Shown: positions 1 through 9,070, counted from the first letter of the stretch. The stretch: 64,000 nucleotides of DNA from Gemmataceae bacterium (GCA_022616435.1 JAKEET010000045.1:18013-82012); one strand, 5' to 3'. The notes: a model not told the origin generated them from the letters alone. Translations and numbers: made by a program.

Positions 1-1349
1 CGCGGGTGTGGATGGCCGCGGCGCAGCGGGCCCTCGGTCGCCAGGGCCAGGCCGTCGGAGCCGATCGAGCACCACGGCTGCTGCATGGCCAGGTTCATGT
101 CCTTTTCGGTGTGATGATCGAACACCGTCGGCACCGAGCCGCCCTCCTCGACCAGCAGATCGAAGAACTCCTCGACCAGGTCGGCTTTCTTCCCCTTGGT
201 GCGAGCGGCCAGGATGCGGTCCATCGTCAGGCCCTTGTAACCCGTGTTGGCGCTCACGAGCATCCGGCTCCAATCGCCGCCGACGGCCGTGTAATGGTTG
301 TACCAGCCGGGGACGCCGTGCTCGACGTCCTTTCTGATCTTGGCGCGTTCGGCCGGGTCCTTGAGCCGGGCCAGCATCTTGGCCGTGCCGCCTTCGTGGG
401 CCCAGGGCGGGATGATGCTGGCGAGGTTGTTGTGGCCGCGGGTGTAGGGATAGATGTTGGCGCCGACGTTGACGCCATCTTTGCGGGCGTCGTCGATCTT
501 CTGGATGATCAGGTTCATCCGGCCCCAGAACTGCTGATCGGCGATCTTGATGTGGATGATCTCGACGGTGACGCCCGAGCGCCGGCCGATCTCGATCGCC
601 TCCTGGATCGCCTCCAGCACGCCGACGCCCTCGGTGCGGATATGCGACGCGTAAGTGCCGCCATATTTGGCCACGACCTTGCACAATTCGACGATGTCGT
701 CGGTCGTGGCCAGCGACCCGGGCGGCATCATCAGCATGCTCGACAGGCCGGCGGCGCCCTCCTTCATCGCCTGCTCGACGAGGGCCTTCATCTCTTCGAG
801 CTGCGCCTTCGTCGGCCGGGCGTGCGACTTGCCCATGACGCACTCCCAGACCTGGCCGAGCCCGACGAACGTGGTGACGTTGGTCGATATGCCGGCCCGC
901 TCCACGACTTCGAAGTAGCCGCTCAGGGTCGTCCAGCGTACGGTCTTGCCCTGCACCTTGGCGGCACGCGGCGTCAGCTTGCCCACATACGGGGCGACCG
1001 AGCTGCCTTCGCCGAGCACCTCGGTGGTCACGCCCTGACGAATCTTGCTTTGCGCGAGGCCGTCTTCCAGGAGCGTGAAATCGGAATGCGAGTGCATGTC
1101 GATGAACCCGGGCGCGACGATCAGGCCGCGCACGTCGATCTCGCGCTTGGCCTTGCCAGTGATCTTGCCGAGGGCGACGATCTTGCCGTCGCGGATCGCC
1201 AGGTCGCCGTGGAACCACGGATTGCCGGCGCCGTCGACGATCTTGCCGTGGCGGAGGAGGAGGTCGTAGGCGATGTCCTTTTCCTGGGCGCTCAAGATGA
1301 AGGTGGCAGTGAGGAGACAGGGAAGGGCGAAAACGAGAGCGCGGCGCAT
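1..1349 (-). CDS. N-acyl-D-amino-acid deacylase (D-aminoacylase) family amidohydrolase. The N-terminal ~450 aa lie in the window and the 3' end runs off the window start
   Basis: I translated the reverse complement by hand: MRRALVFALPCLLTATFILSAQEKDIAYDLLLRHGKIVDGAGNPWFHGDLAIRDGKIVALGK...GFIDMHSHSD... It has a signal peptide and the amidohydrolase HxH metal motif typical of D-aminoacylases. The start ATG is complementary to 1347-1349. The sense-strand ORF 6..1538 reads as Ala/Arg/Gly junk. Confidence 0.8.
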   Translation of the reverse strand, partial: MRRALVFALPCLLTATFILSAQEKDIAYDLLLRHGKIVDGAGNPWFHGDLAIRDGKIVALGKITGKAKREIDVRGLIVAPGFIDMHSHSDFTLLEDGLAQSKIRQGVTTEVLGEGSSVAPYVGKLTPRAAKVQGKTVRWTTLSGYFEVVERAGISTNVTTFVGLGQVWECVMGKSHARPTKAQLEEMKALVEQAMKEGAAGLSSMLMMPPGSLATTDDIVELCKVVAKYGGTYASHIRTEGVGVLEAIQEAIEIGRRSGVTVEIIHIKIADQQFWGRMNLIIQKIDDARKDGVNVGANIYPYTRGHNNLASIIPPWAHEGGTAKMLARLKDPAERAKIRKDVEHGVPGWYNHYTAVGGDWSRMLVSANTGYKGLTMDRILAARTKGKKADLVEEFFDLLVEEGGSVPTVFDHHTEKDMNLAMQQPWCSIGSDGLALATEGPLRRGHPHP

Positions 1350-1426
1350 GGCGATCTCCGAAGTCGTAAATGGGCACCGCCCACGATACCGAAGTGTCGC
1401 GCGCTTGTCAAAAAGGGACCATACCG

Positions 1427-1537
1427 AACTCATTTAGCCGGCGAGCTTGCTCGCCGCGGTCGGGGCCAATTCTGCGACTGGGGAAATCATTCGCAAGACT
1501 GGACCAGTCCGCGGCGAGCAAGCTCGCCGGCTAAATG
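1427..1537. repeat. large perfect inverted repeat with ~29-bp arms (TCATTTAGCCGGCGAGCTTGCTCGCCGCGG / CCGCGGCGAGCAAGCTCGCCGGCTAAATGA) around a ~50-nt loop
   Basis: Read directly in the sequence between divergent/convergent genes. It lies just downstream of the stop of the 1554..2039 ORF on the minus strand. Confidence 0.7.
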
Positions 1538-1553
1538 AACCTCGCCGGTCGTT

Positions 1554-2039
1554 CTATTTCGGTGCGGATCGTTTCGGCACAGTCGGAAATCCCGCGGGCG
1601 GCAGGGCTCCTTCATCCGGCGGCACGCGCGCTTCCGGAATGTCGAGCGCCCGGCTCAGCAGGCTGCGAATTGTCAGCGTGTCGAGCGGGCTGGCCTTGAT
1701 GAGCAGCGAATTGGTCGCCGGGTCGGCGACCACACGGATGCGCTCGTTCCCAGGCATCATCGGACCGCCGCCGAACCTGCCCCTGTCGGATCGGCCGGCG
1801 TTGAACGCTTCATCCAGCACTCGTGCAACGTTGCCGGCCTGGGCGTGCTTCAAGCGCACCACGTCAAAGTCGCCGTCCGCCGCCGGCGCCTGCATCAGTC
1901 GAATCAATTCCGCGACCAGCGCCAGCACGTCCGGTTCGTCACACGTCACGATCAGCCGGTTGGCGACGGCGGTGATGACGATCGGCGCCCGGCCCTTCGC
2001 GGCCTTCGGCTCTTTGTTCGGGCCCTCGCCCTTCGCCAA
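1554..2039 (-). CDS. C-terminal fragment of a secretin-N (GspD N0/N1-like) repeat protein. It appears to continue from ORF 1939..3252 through a frameshift, and its annotated first codon is TTG
   Basis: Translation contains secretin-N-like modules (APIVITAVANRLIVTCDEPDVLALVAELIRLMQAP; NSLLIKASPLDTLTIRSLLSRAL). The frame stays open upstream of the TTG and overlaps the end of the 437-aa ORF. Confidence 0.5.
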   Translation of the reverse strand: MAKGEGPNKEPKAAKGRAPIVITAVANRLIVTCDEPDVLALVAELIRLMQAPAADGDFDVVRLKHAQAGNVARVLDEAFNAGRSDRGRFGGGPMMPGNERIRVVADPATNSLLIKASPLDTLTIRSLLSRALDIPEARVPPDEGALPPAGFPTVPKRSAPK

Positions 2040-3252
2040 CGGTTCGGGACGGACCGGCCGCCGGCCCTGTCGGCAGGATCACCTTGACCGGGTTGGACCG
2101 CATCTGCGTGAGCATGTTGTGCAGCGCCTCGGCCATCGCGCCGGCGCCGCCGCGCTCCAGGAGGAAGGTCCGCATCTTGCCCGGTGGATTCGCGCCCTCG
2201 CCGAGCAGCCGCAGCACGCTTTTCACTTCCTGCACCTGCTCGGCGCTGCCGCGTACGATCAGCGAGTTGCGGATTGGATCGGCGTCGATGAACGGCCCGC
2301 CCGATCTCGGGTCGCCGAACATGCCGCGCAGCGTGTCGGCCACCTTGGCGGCGTCGAGCGTGTTCAGTTGGAACAGCTCCGTATTGACCCGGGCGGCGTT
2401 CTCCTCGAGGTGCTGGGCGAGCGCAATATGGTCCTCGGCCGTGGCGAAGACGACGATCGAATTCGTTCCGACGGCGGAGACGCGAACCTTGGGCGAATCC
2501 TTGAAGATCTCTTGCACCAGCTTGGCGAGGCGCTCAGCCTGACCGGCGGGAACCGGGTAGGTGCGCAGGATGCCGGCCGCGGCCGGCGATTTTCCGCGGT
2601 CGTTCTCGCGCAGCTCGACCTCTTGAATCAAGTGGATCGCGCGGCGCAGATTGCTGGCGACATCGCGGACCACCAACTGGTTCGCCCGGCTCACAACGAC
2701 CACCTCGCCGAACACGCTCAACAGCTTCTTGAGTTCCGGCGCGAACTCATCAGCCGCGAGACTTTTCAAGCTGATCACGACGGAGACGATTTCCGAATTG
2801 CCGCGCTTGTCCAAGTCCGCAATCGACACGCGCGGAACCAGCGCTGAGTCGAGAGGCTGATCGGCCGACGCCAGAAGGATGGACTTGTCCCGGCGGATCA
2901 AGACGTAATTCTGTGACAAAAGGCCTTCATTGAGGAGATCGATCACTTCGCCGAGAGTGTATTTCTGGTTGGACGGCGCCGGGAAGTAGGTGAAGGTTCC
3001 CTTGGTTGGTTGAGAGCTGGCAATCACCGGCCAACCGGTGGTGCTCGACAACCATTCGAACGTAGCCGGCCAAGGAAGGGTGCGCGGCTGGAAAACGATG
3101 GTTCGTTCCTCCGCTTTGGGCTTGTCCTGCGCTGTCAGCGGTCCGGTAGGCGCCAGACAAGCGAAACCAACCACCAACACGCAACCCCGCTGCCGGGCAT
3201 TCCCGCGGATATTCATGGGTAGACTCCTGAAAGTTGTCGCGGCGACCGTCAA
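1939..3252 (-). CDS. secretin-N domain repeat protein (GspD-like N-terminal domains, signal peptide), N-terminal part. No C-terminal secretin pore domain is present
   Basis: MTVAATTFRSLPMNIRGNARQRGCVLVVGFACLAPTGPLTAQDK signal, then repeated modules ending in motifs like NSLIVRGSAEQVQEVKSVLRLL and NSIVVFATAEDHIALAQHLEE. The last ~35 aa (GPGADRHHRRRQPADRDV) look out-of-frame, consistent with a frameshift into 1554..2039. Confidence 0.6.
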   Translation of the reverse strand: MTVAATTFRSLPMNIRGNARQRGCVLVVGFACLAPTGPLTAQDKPKAEERTIVFQPRTLPWPATFEWLSSTTGWPVIASSQPTKGTFTYFPAPSNQKYTLGEVIDLLNEGLLSQNYVLIRRDKSILLASADQPLDSALVPRVSIADLDKRGNSEIVSVVISLKSLAADEFAPELKKLLSVFGEVVVVSRANQLVVRDVASNLRRAIHLIQEVELRENDRGKSPAAAGILRTYPVPAGQAERLAKLVQEIFKDSPKVRVSAVGTNSIVVFATAEDHIALAQHLEENAARVNTELFQLNTLDAAKVADTLRGMFGDPRSGGPFIDADPIRNSLIVRGSAEQVQEVKSVLRLLGEGANPPGKMRTFLLERGGAGAMAEALHNMLTQMRSNPVKVILPTGPAAGPSRTVGEGRGPEQRAEGREGPGADRHHRRRQPADRDV

Positions 3253-3350
3253 AGAGTTGAACCCACGCCGGGGCCGAAGGTCGCGAGAACTTGGCCGCCG
3301 TCATTCTTCGGTCCGAGTCAAAACGGACAGGTTGGAAAACCTATCCTACG

Positions 3351-4103
3351 TCAAATGGTGATCACCGTCCCCTGCCGCATCGGCGGCAGCGGCGCCTTGG
3401 CCAGGTCGAGCGTGTCCGGATAATGCGTGATGCGCAGCTTCTTGCGAATCGACGGCCGCACCGTCAACAAGTCGTCAAGATTGGTGTGCATGAACGCCGA
3501 GTTGGCCTCGTGGACGATCAGGTGGGCGTCGGCCAGCCAGTCGATGAGCGTCGGGTCGAACATGGTGTCGGCGCTGTAGCCCAGGCAGCGCTTGGCCGCC
3601 GTGCAACGCAACGCGATCGTCGGCACGCTGTGGATCGTCTTGCGGCACGCGATGCGAAATGGCCCGGCCTTGGTTTCCTCGCCCTCCGGCAACAAGCGCA
3701 GGTCGAAGAAATCATCCAGCGCGCGCTGCCGCGGCAAGGCGCCTGGCTTCTCGATCACCCATTCCATCGACCCTGACAGCACGCCGTTCCACAGCGAGTT
3801 GGCGACGTCGATGTGCGTGTACACGACCAGCGACCGCCCCAGGATGTAGCGGAAGTAATAACCGAGGCACTCCAGGCCGGAGACATGATCGCCGTGCAGA
3901 TGCGTGAGCACGATGGCGTCGATCTTGGAAACGTCGAACGCGACGCCGGCGGCCTGCGCCCCTTCGCGGACGATCTTGCGGATCGGATGCGGGCAATCCA
4001 CCATGAGCCAATGCCCGCCGCTTTCCAGCGCGAAGCACGAGGAGTAGTAGAGGGCCGAAAAGGCGTCGCCCGTGCCCAGACACAACAGTCGCAGATCGCT
4101 CAT
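3351..4103 (-). CDS. MBL-fold metallo-hydrolase (β-lactamase superfamily)
   Basis: MSDLRLLCLGTGDAFSALYYSSCFALESGGHWLMVDCPHPIRK...VLTHLHGDHVSGLE carries the HxHxDH motif. The ATG is the complement of 4101-4103 and overlaps the stop of the upstream cytochrome by 4 nt (ATGA coupling). The longer 469-aa ORF has a non-protein-like Arg/Pro-rich N-extension. Confidence 0.75.
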   Translation of the reverse strand: MSDLRLLCLGTGDAFSALYYSSCFALESGGHWLMVDCPHPIRKIVREGAQAAGVAFDVSKIDAIVLTHLHGDHVSGLECLGYYFRYILGRSLVVYTHIDVANSLWNGVLSGSMEWVIEKPGALPRQRALDDFFDLRLLPEGEETKAGPFRIACRKTIHSVPTIALRCTAAKRCLGYSADTMFDPTLIDWLADAHLIVHEANSAFMHTNLDDLLTVRPSIRKKLRITHYPDTLDLAKAPLPPMRQGTVITI

Positions 4104-5569
4104 GGGCTCCCCTTCAGAAATCGTTGCACATCGGGCAAGGGTCCATGCGGCGGCTGCCGAAGCGCGGCGCCGCGGCCGTGCAGCGGTTGGTCGCCGCCGT
4201 GGTAGCGGTGGCACTCGACGCAATCGTGCCGGGCGCCGCCCGCGACGCGGCCGCCGGCTGCGTGCGGCGGCGCGTGACATGTCCGGCAGAGTTTCACGCC
4301 GGGCAACAGCACATCGGCGGGGCCGCGCGATTGTTCCACATCCACATGGCACACGGCGCAGGCCACGCCGCGATGCGCGGTGTGGTCGAAGCGGGCGTGC
4401 TGGAACCAGACCGTCGGGATGTTCGCTGGGTCGATTCGCTGCGTCGCGCCGGTCTCGGTCAGCAGCGACGTGTGGCAGCGGCCGCAGGCGCCCTGGCCGA
4501 ACAGGATCGCTTCGGCGCCGCGGACATTCTCCTGAAGAATATCGGCGAGCTTCCGCGCATGCGCCTCCCGCTCGGGATTCTTGCCGGGCAACGGTCGCAG
4601 CGGCTGCTGGAGGAGCGACGCTCGATCCTTGATGAGGCGGTCGGTGAAGTAGCCGCGCAGCCAGGCGCGAACTTCGTCGGGCTGCAACCGGTGAGGGACG
4701 CTGGGTCGATCGAATCCCTTCGCCTCCTTGGCGAAATCCAGCGGATGGCACGCCTGGCAATGGCGGTCATAATGGATCGGGAGCATGTAATCCCCGGCGG
4801 CGCGGACGCGCTCGGGGGAAGCGCCGTCGGCGCGATGGCACGAAGCGCAATCGAGCTTGACGGGGTCCTTGTCGGCTTGCCCCGCCACGCGATAGCGCTC
4901 GCGGTGCTCGGGCGCGATGTCGGCGAGAACAAACGGCACACTCGTGTTCGCTTGCTCGCGAAGTCCGGCCGCGAGATGCAACTTGTGATTGAAGGCGATG
5001 CGGCCGGGGTCCTTGCCGTGCTCGCGGAGCACGCGGAACTCCGGATGGCGCTCGCCGAGGAAGCTGTCGACGTTCAGGAACGTCGTGGCGGCGCCGTCCT
5101 GGACATGGGCGGTGAGATTGCCGTGGCAGCGTGTGCACTGCTCGTTGGCGACGCGCCGCAAACCGGCGCTCCGGCCGCGATGCTCGCGATGACAGGTCGT
5201 GCAGCCGGCCACTTCCGCCGGCTTTTCGTTGTCGTGGTGGCGCGGTCCGGCATGGCAGGTTTGGCACTGCGCGTCGGCAGCGTGACTGGCGCCCAGGAGC
5301 GTGCCCGCCCAGTTCTGTCCGCTCAACGGTTGCGCGTTCGTGTGGCATGTGTCGCAGCGGTGTTCCCAGGTCGCGTGGACGTGGGCCAACGGGCCGGGCA
5401 GGTAGCGTGCGTCGCCGTGCCTGAACCATCCCCACAGCCAGAACAACGCCACCGCCGTCACCGCCGCGACGGGCAGCCACATCTGGGCCCGCGCGATCCG
5501 GTCGCGGCGACGATACCGCTCCGGCGGCACGTCGGCGAGGTTGTCCAGGATGGCGGCGTCGTGAGGCAT
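4100..5569 (-). CDS. membrane-anchored decaheme cytochrome c
   Basis: Ten CxxCH motifs (CDTCH, CQTCH, CTTCH, CTRCH, CASCH, CQACH, CGRCH, CAVCH, CRTCH, CVECH). There is an N-terminal TM helix (WLPVAAVTAVALFWLWGWF). Confidence 0.85.
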   Translation of the reverse strand: MPHDAAILDNLADVPPERYRRRDRIARAQMWLPVAAVTAVALFWLWGWFRHGDARYLPGPLAHVHATWEHRCDTCHTNAQPLSGQNWAGTLLGASHAADAQCQTCHAGPRHHDNEKPAEVAGCTTCHREHRGRSAGLRRVANEQCTRCHGNLTAHVQDGAATTFLNVDSFLGERHPEFRVLREHGKDPGRIAFNHKLHLAAGLREQANTSVPFVLADIAPEHRERYRVAGQADKDPVKLDCASCHRADGASPERVRAAGDYMLPIHYDRHCQACHPLDFAKEAKGFDRPSVPHRLQPDEVRAWLRGYFTDRLIKDRASLLQQPLRPLPGKNPEREAHARKLADILQENVRGAEAILFGQGACGRCHTSLLTETGATQRIDPANIPTVWFQHARFDHTAHRGVACAVCHVDVEQSRGPADVLLPGVKLCRTCHAPPHAAGGRVAGGARHDCVECHRYHGGDQPLHGRGAALRQPPHGPLPDVQRFLKGSP

Positions 5570-5587
5570 GTTCGGATGTCGATTCTA

Positions 5588-5626
5588 TCAGAGGCTATCC
5601 GAAAAGGGGTCAGACCCCTCAAAATC
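5588..5626. repeat. REP-like palindrome family A (…GAGGCTATCCGAAAAGGGGTCAGACCCCT…). Related copies occur at 26993-27032 and 57243-57292
   Basis: Hairpin-forming sequence immediately 3' of the stop of the 5619..6503 gene. The same core is seen at two other loci, in both orientations. Confidence 0.6.
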
Positions 5627-6503
5627 CCCCGTACCACATACTCAGCGCGACGTGTTCGATCATCAACACGAGAAGGGCCCAGGCCGCCGGACCGTGCACG
5701 AGCAGCCAGAGCCGGCCGAGCTGGTGCAAGCGATACTCCAGGTCCATCGAACGCCGCAGCTCGACGAGCCCCCACAGGTCATCGAGGATCGGTTGCTGCT
5801 TGGCGTCGGCATAGCTGCGCGTGCGCTGATACCAGTTTTCCGACAAAGCTTCCGGCTCCGCCTGGGGATGCCACACCCAGCTCCAGAAGGTCAGCGGCCG
5901 CGCCAGGCAACCCTGCACGGCCGCCCCGCAGAAGCCGCGGATCACGTCAGGGCTCTCGGCCAGTTCTTTCTTGCGAACCAGTTCTTCCGCCGCTTGCAGC
6001 ATGAAGACGCGCTGCGGCTCCAGACGCTCCAGGCCGAATTCCCGGGCCACCATGCGCGGCAGGAAGGAGTAGAGCAACTTCTGGCCGTAGAAACCGACGA
6101 CGCCGGAGATCATGACGATCCAGGTCAGCCACACCAGGGCCAGCGTCAGGGGGCTGTTGGCCCGGCCGCGGCTGTGGACGATGACCAACAAGAACGCCAG
6201 GTACGCCGCGGCGATGTGCCAGCGCAGCCAGGCGGTCATCGGTGGGCCCTGTCGATAGCGGAAGCAGCGCCTGAGGATGTGCAGGTACGGGACCAGCATG
6301 GCGACGAACGCCCCGTAGCCGGCGAGCCGCGCCGCCGCGCGCAGCCCAAACGACTCCCATTCCGGCCCCAAGGCCACGAGAATCCAGAGCAGCACGAGCG
6401 CCGCGAAGAGGCCGATCGAGCCCGGCTGCAAGATGTCCCAGGTGAGGGATCGTTTTCCAGTGGTGCGCATGCCAGCATCCAACACGGCGTCATGTCGCCG
6501 CAC
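5619..6503 (-). CDS. polytopic integral membrane protein (≥5 TM helices, conserved His in helices; possibly a b-type cytochrome/quinol-interacting subunit)
   Basis: Hydrophobic helices (IGLFAALVLLWILVALG; YGAFVAMLVPYLHIL; WHIAAAYLAFLLVIVHS; LALVWLTWIVMISGVVGFY; LWLLVHGPAAWALLVLMIEHVAL). It sits between the cNMP/Fe-S gene and the decaheme cytochrome on the same strand. Confidence 0.55.
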   Translation of the reverse strand: MRRHDAVLDAGMRTTGKRSLTWDILQPGSIGLFAALVLLWILVALGPEWESFGLRAAARLAGYGAFVAMLVPYLHILRRCFRYRQGPPMTAWLRWHIAAAYLAFLLVIVHSRGRANSPLTLALVWLTWIVMISGVVGFYGQKLLYSFLPRMVAREFGLERLEPQRVFMLQAAEELVRKKELAESPDVIRGFCGAAVQGCLARPLTFWSWVWHPQAEPEALSENWYQRTRSYADAKQQPILDDLWGLVELRRSMDLEYRLHQLGRLWLLVHGPAAWALLVLMIEHVALSMWYGGF

Positions 6504-6518
6504 TCCAAGTCGTCCCGC

Positions 6519-8747
6519 TTACTGCCGCCCCGCGAAGTTGGCCCAGCTCTTCAACTGCGGGAAATACTCGACCGGATCGACGCGCTGGGCGGCATCGTAC
6601 GGGCAGCAGGCCACGCAGGGCGGATCGTAGTCGTCGGTCAGGCACAGATCGCACTTGTTGGCCACGATCCCCGGCCGCGAGCTGGGCGCGTCCAGGGGCG
6701 ATGTCGGCTGGTACATGTCGATGACGTCGAAGGGGCATTCGCGGGCGCATTGCTGACAGCCGATGCACCGATCGCGATGGATCTGCACCGCCTGGTTTTC
6801 GAGCCAGGTGATGGCGCCCACGGGACAGACCTGCTGGCACGGCGCGTCGAGGCAGTGCAGGCAGGCGCCGGCGACTTCCCAGTGGCCGAACCGCCATTTC
6901 GGATTGGCGCGATGGAAGCGCGGCTGGCCGTCGTGGGCCTCCGCGCAGCCGCGCACGCACTGGTCGCAGCGCGTACACTTGTCCATGTCGATCAAGAGCA
7001 GGTTGCGCGTCAGCATCAGCTTGTCGGCCAGGGCTTGCGGCGGCTCTTGCGGCGGCAGCAGACGGCCGGCGCGCATGTGCTCGTCGCGCACCGACAGGAG
7101 CCGGCGTTCGCGCTGCAGCTTGGCGCCGAGAGCCTGGTACGGTCCGGCGAACAGCGACCGCAGCACGTCGCGATCGAGCCGCAGCAGCGTGGTGCTGCAC
7201 AGCGTCTCCACGGCGGCGGAGCGGACCGGCATCGCGTCGCCTTCCTCCAGGACCGCGGATTCGCCGAAGTACGCGTCGGCCTCCAGGTTGTTCACCATGG
7301 ATTGCCCGCCCGGCAGGTCGAGACTGACCCGGACCATGCCGCTCAGGAGCAGGAACAAGCAATCGGCAGGGTCGCCTTGCTTGAACACGGCCACGCCTTT
7401 CTTGTCGCTCTTCCTGTCCTTCTGTTCCAGGCGGTCGGGTTGCAGAGGCTTGCCGAACTTCTGGTGATACGCCGCCGCGAAGGCTTCCGTGAAGCCGCGA
7501 AATTCCTCGCCGGTCAACGGGAACGGCCGCGGGCTGCTCGCCACGACGCCGGGCCAAGCCGCCTCCAGCAACAAGCGATTGAGCCGGAAGACCTCACAAT
7601 CGTTGAGCGTGTCGCGCCGCTGCAACGCTTGCCGGGACTCGTCGTCGAGCGCCGACGTGGCCCGCTCGTCCGCCGCGGCCAGCAAACGCCTCCGGGTCAG
7701 CGCTCCATTGAGATGTTCGACAATGTGTGTCTTCTCCGCGAAGTCCAGGCGCTCGGCGGGTTCCTTGAGCAGCCACGGCAACGCTTTGACAAGCCGCTTG
7801 CCCAGCCGGGCCGGCCAGCCGGCGCCCGGGTCGCGCAGCGCGGCCAGCAGCCGCGGCCAGTCCAGGACGTCTTCCACGAACACGCGATCGCGAAACAAGC
7901 GGTTCCTGGCCAGCACGCTCGGCAGCGTGCTTCGCACGAACTCCGCCAGCTCGCGCTCGTAAAAGCGCGGGCTCTTCTTGATGATCTCTTCGAGGGCCTT
8001 GCGCTTGATCAGCAGCATCACGCACGGCTTGCCGCCGTCGTCCGGATCGTCGTCCGCGACCAGCGTCGCCGAGCGCGGCTGATTCCAGAGCGTGCCGGTG
8101 ATGCCCATGAAACGATCTTCGAGCGGCTTGATGTTGTTGGCCGCGTCGCGGATGGTGATGGCGGCCCGGGGGGTCGCGGCGGCTTGACCGGCGGCGGCGA
8201 CAAAGGCGCTGCTCGGGTTGGACAGCTCGCGTTCCAGGCGGTGGACCGGCGGCATGCGTCCGTGGAGGGCGCGGGCGACGTGGTTGCGAACGCGCTGGGC
8301 GGCGGCCGCCGGCAACCAATGCTCGGCGGCATCGATCAGCTTCAGCGGAAGGCCGGGGAGCCGGCGGTACAGCGGCGCCAGCCAGCCGAACCAGCCGCGT
8401 CCCGGCGGCGCGTCCTTGGGCCAGGTCGCGGCCTGGCGGAGCACGGCGTTTTCCAGCCGCCGCGCCAGCGGCTTCTCCCAGCAGCCGCGGCCGACCGGCG
8501 CCGCCGGCGGCGCGATGTCGCGGACGCCGACCCGCCCCTGGATGTGCACGGCGGCATAGTCGCTCGTGGTCCCCTTGGCCATGATGACTTCGCCGGCCGT
8601 GTACTGGATCAGGAAGAAGTGGATGCCGCGCTTGGCTTCGCCTTCCTCGTAGAACGACTTGAGAGTGGCGAGCGCCTTGGCGTCGAGACCGGGAATGCCC
8701 TGCAAGTGTTCCTGAATGGTTTGCCAATCCGCCGGGAGTTGTTGCAT
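6519..8747 (-). CDS. fusion protein with two cyclic-nucleotide-binding (cNMP/CAP-type) domains and a C-terminal 4Fe-4S ferredoxin region
   Basis: The N-terminal region (FFLIQYTAGEVIMAKGTTSDYAAVHIQGRVGV) and a second region (VAVFKQGDPADCLFLLLSGMVRVSL...AYFGESAVLE) look like cNMP-binding β-barrels. The C-terminus carries Cys clusters CTRCDQCVRGC, CLHCLDAPCQQVCP, CIGCQQCARECP and CDLCLTDDYDPPCVACCP. The antisense 1149-aa ORF 5568..9017 is rejected. Confidence 0.7.
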   Translation of the reverse strand: MQQLPADWQTIQEHLQGIPGLDAKALATLKSFYEEGEAKRGIHFFLIQYTAGEVIMAKGTTSDYAAVHIQGRVGVRDIAPPAAPVGRGCWEKPLARRLENAVLRQAATWPKDAPPGRGWFGWLAPLYRRLPGLPLKLIDAAEHWLPAAAAQRVRNHVARALHGRMPPVHRLERELSNPSSAFVAAAGQAAATPRAAITIRDAANNIKPLEDRFMGITGTLWNQPRSATLVADDDPDDGGKPCVMLLIKRKALEEIIKKSPRFYERELAEFVRSTLPSVLARNRLFRDRVFVEDVLDWPRLLAALRDPGAGWPARLGKRLVKALPWLLKEPAERLDFAEKTHIVEHLNGALTRRRLLAAADERATSALDDESRQALQRRDTLNDCEVFRLNRLLLEAAWPGVVASSPRPFPLTGEEFRGFTEAFAAAYHQKFGKPLQPDRLEQKDRKSDKKGVAVFKQGDPADCLFLLLSGMVRVSLDLPGGQSMVNNLEADAYFGESAVLEEGDAMPVRSAAVETLCSTTLLRLDRDVLRSLFAGPYQALGAKLQRERRLLSVRDEHMRAGRLLPPQEPPQALADKLMLTRNLLLIDMDKCTRCDQCVRGCAEAHDGQPRFHRANPKWRFGHWEVAGACLHCLDAPCQQVCPVGAITWLENQAVQIHRDRCIGCQQCARECPFDVIDMYQPTSPLDAPSSRPGIVANKCDLCLTDDYDPPCVACCPYDAAQRVDPVEYFPQLKSWANFAGRQ

Positions 8748-8977
8748 GACCGCTACCGCCGCCGCGCCAAGCGATTGGTGAGAGTCGCGGGGTTATCTTG
8801 GCGCGCCGGGGCCGGACAGGCAAGGATGAAAACGACCTCTCCGCGTCGCCAAGATGCGCAAGCAATGCGCGTCGCGCCGGTCAGTCACGACGAAACGCCA
8901 CGGTGGAACATGCCGGATGCTCATTCCTGCTTGACAGGCTCCGATCTGTCGAGTCATCTTAACTCACGGGGCGAGCG

Positions 8978-9052
8978 TCGCGGCGTGAGCGCGACGTGGT
9001 GTTCGAGCAGTTACTAACCCGCACACACGTCGGGCTCACGCCGCGACGCTCG
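8978..9052. repeat. REP-like palindrome family B (GGCGAGCGTCGCGGCGTGAGC … GGGCTCACGCCGCGACGCTCGCC). Related copies occur at 12537-12631 and ~47690-47760
   Basis: Inverted repeat with 21-bp arms and ~40-nt loop in the divergent intergenic region. It overlaps the 5' end of the longest ORF for the next cytochrome, which argues for a later start. Confidence 0.6.
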
Positions 9053-9070
9053 CCGTTGCTTGAGGTGAAC

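Noticed and set aside
6-2847. ORFs 6..1538 (+) and 1447..2847 (+)
   Set aside because: They are antisense to the deacylase and secretin-N genes. The reverse complement translates to clean amidohydrolase and secretin-N sequences.
4124-6004. 626-aa + strand ORF
   Set aside because: It is antisense to the decaheme cytochrome and MBL genes.
5568-9017. 1149-aa ORF on the + strand
   Set aside because: It is antisense to the cNMP/Fe-S gene and the membrane protein. Translation is Arg/Ala/Gly/Pro-rich low-complexity, typical of GC-rich antisense frames. The opposite strand has clear ferredoxin and cNMP signatures.
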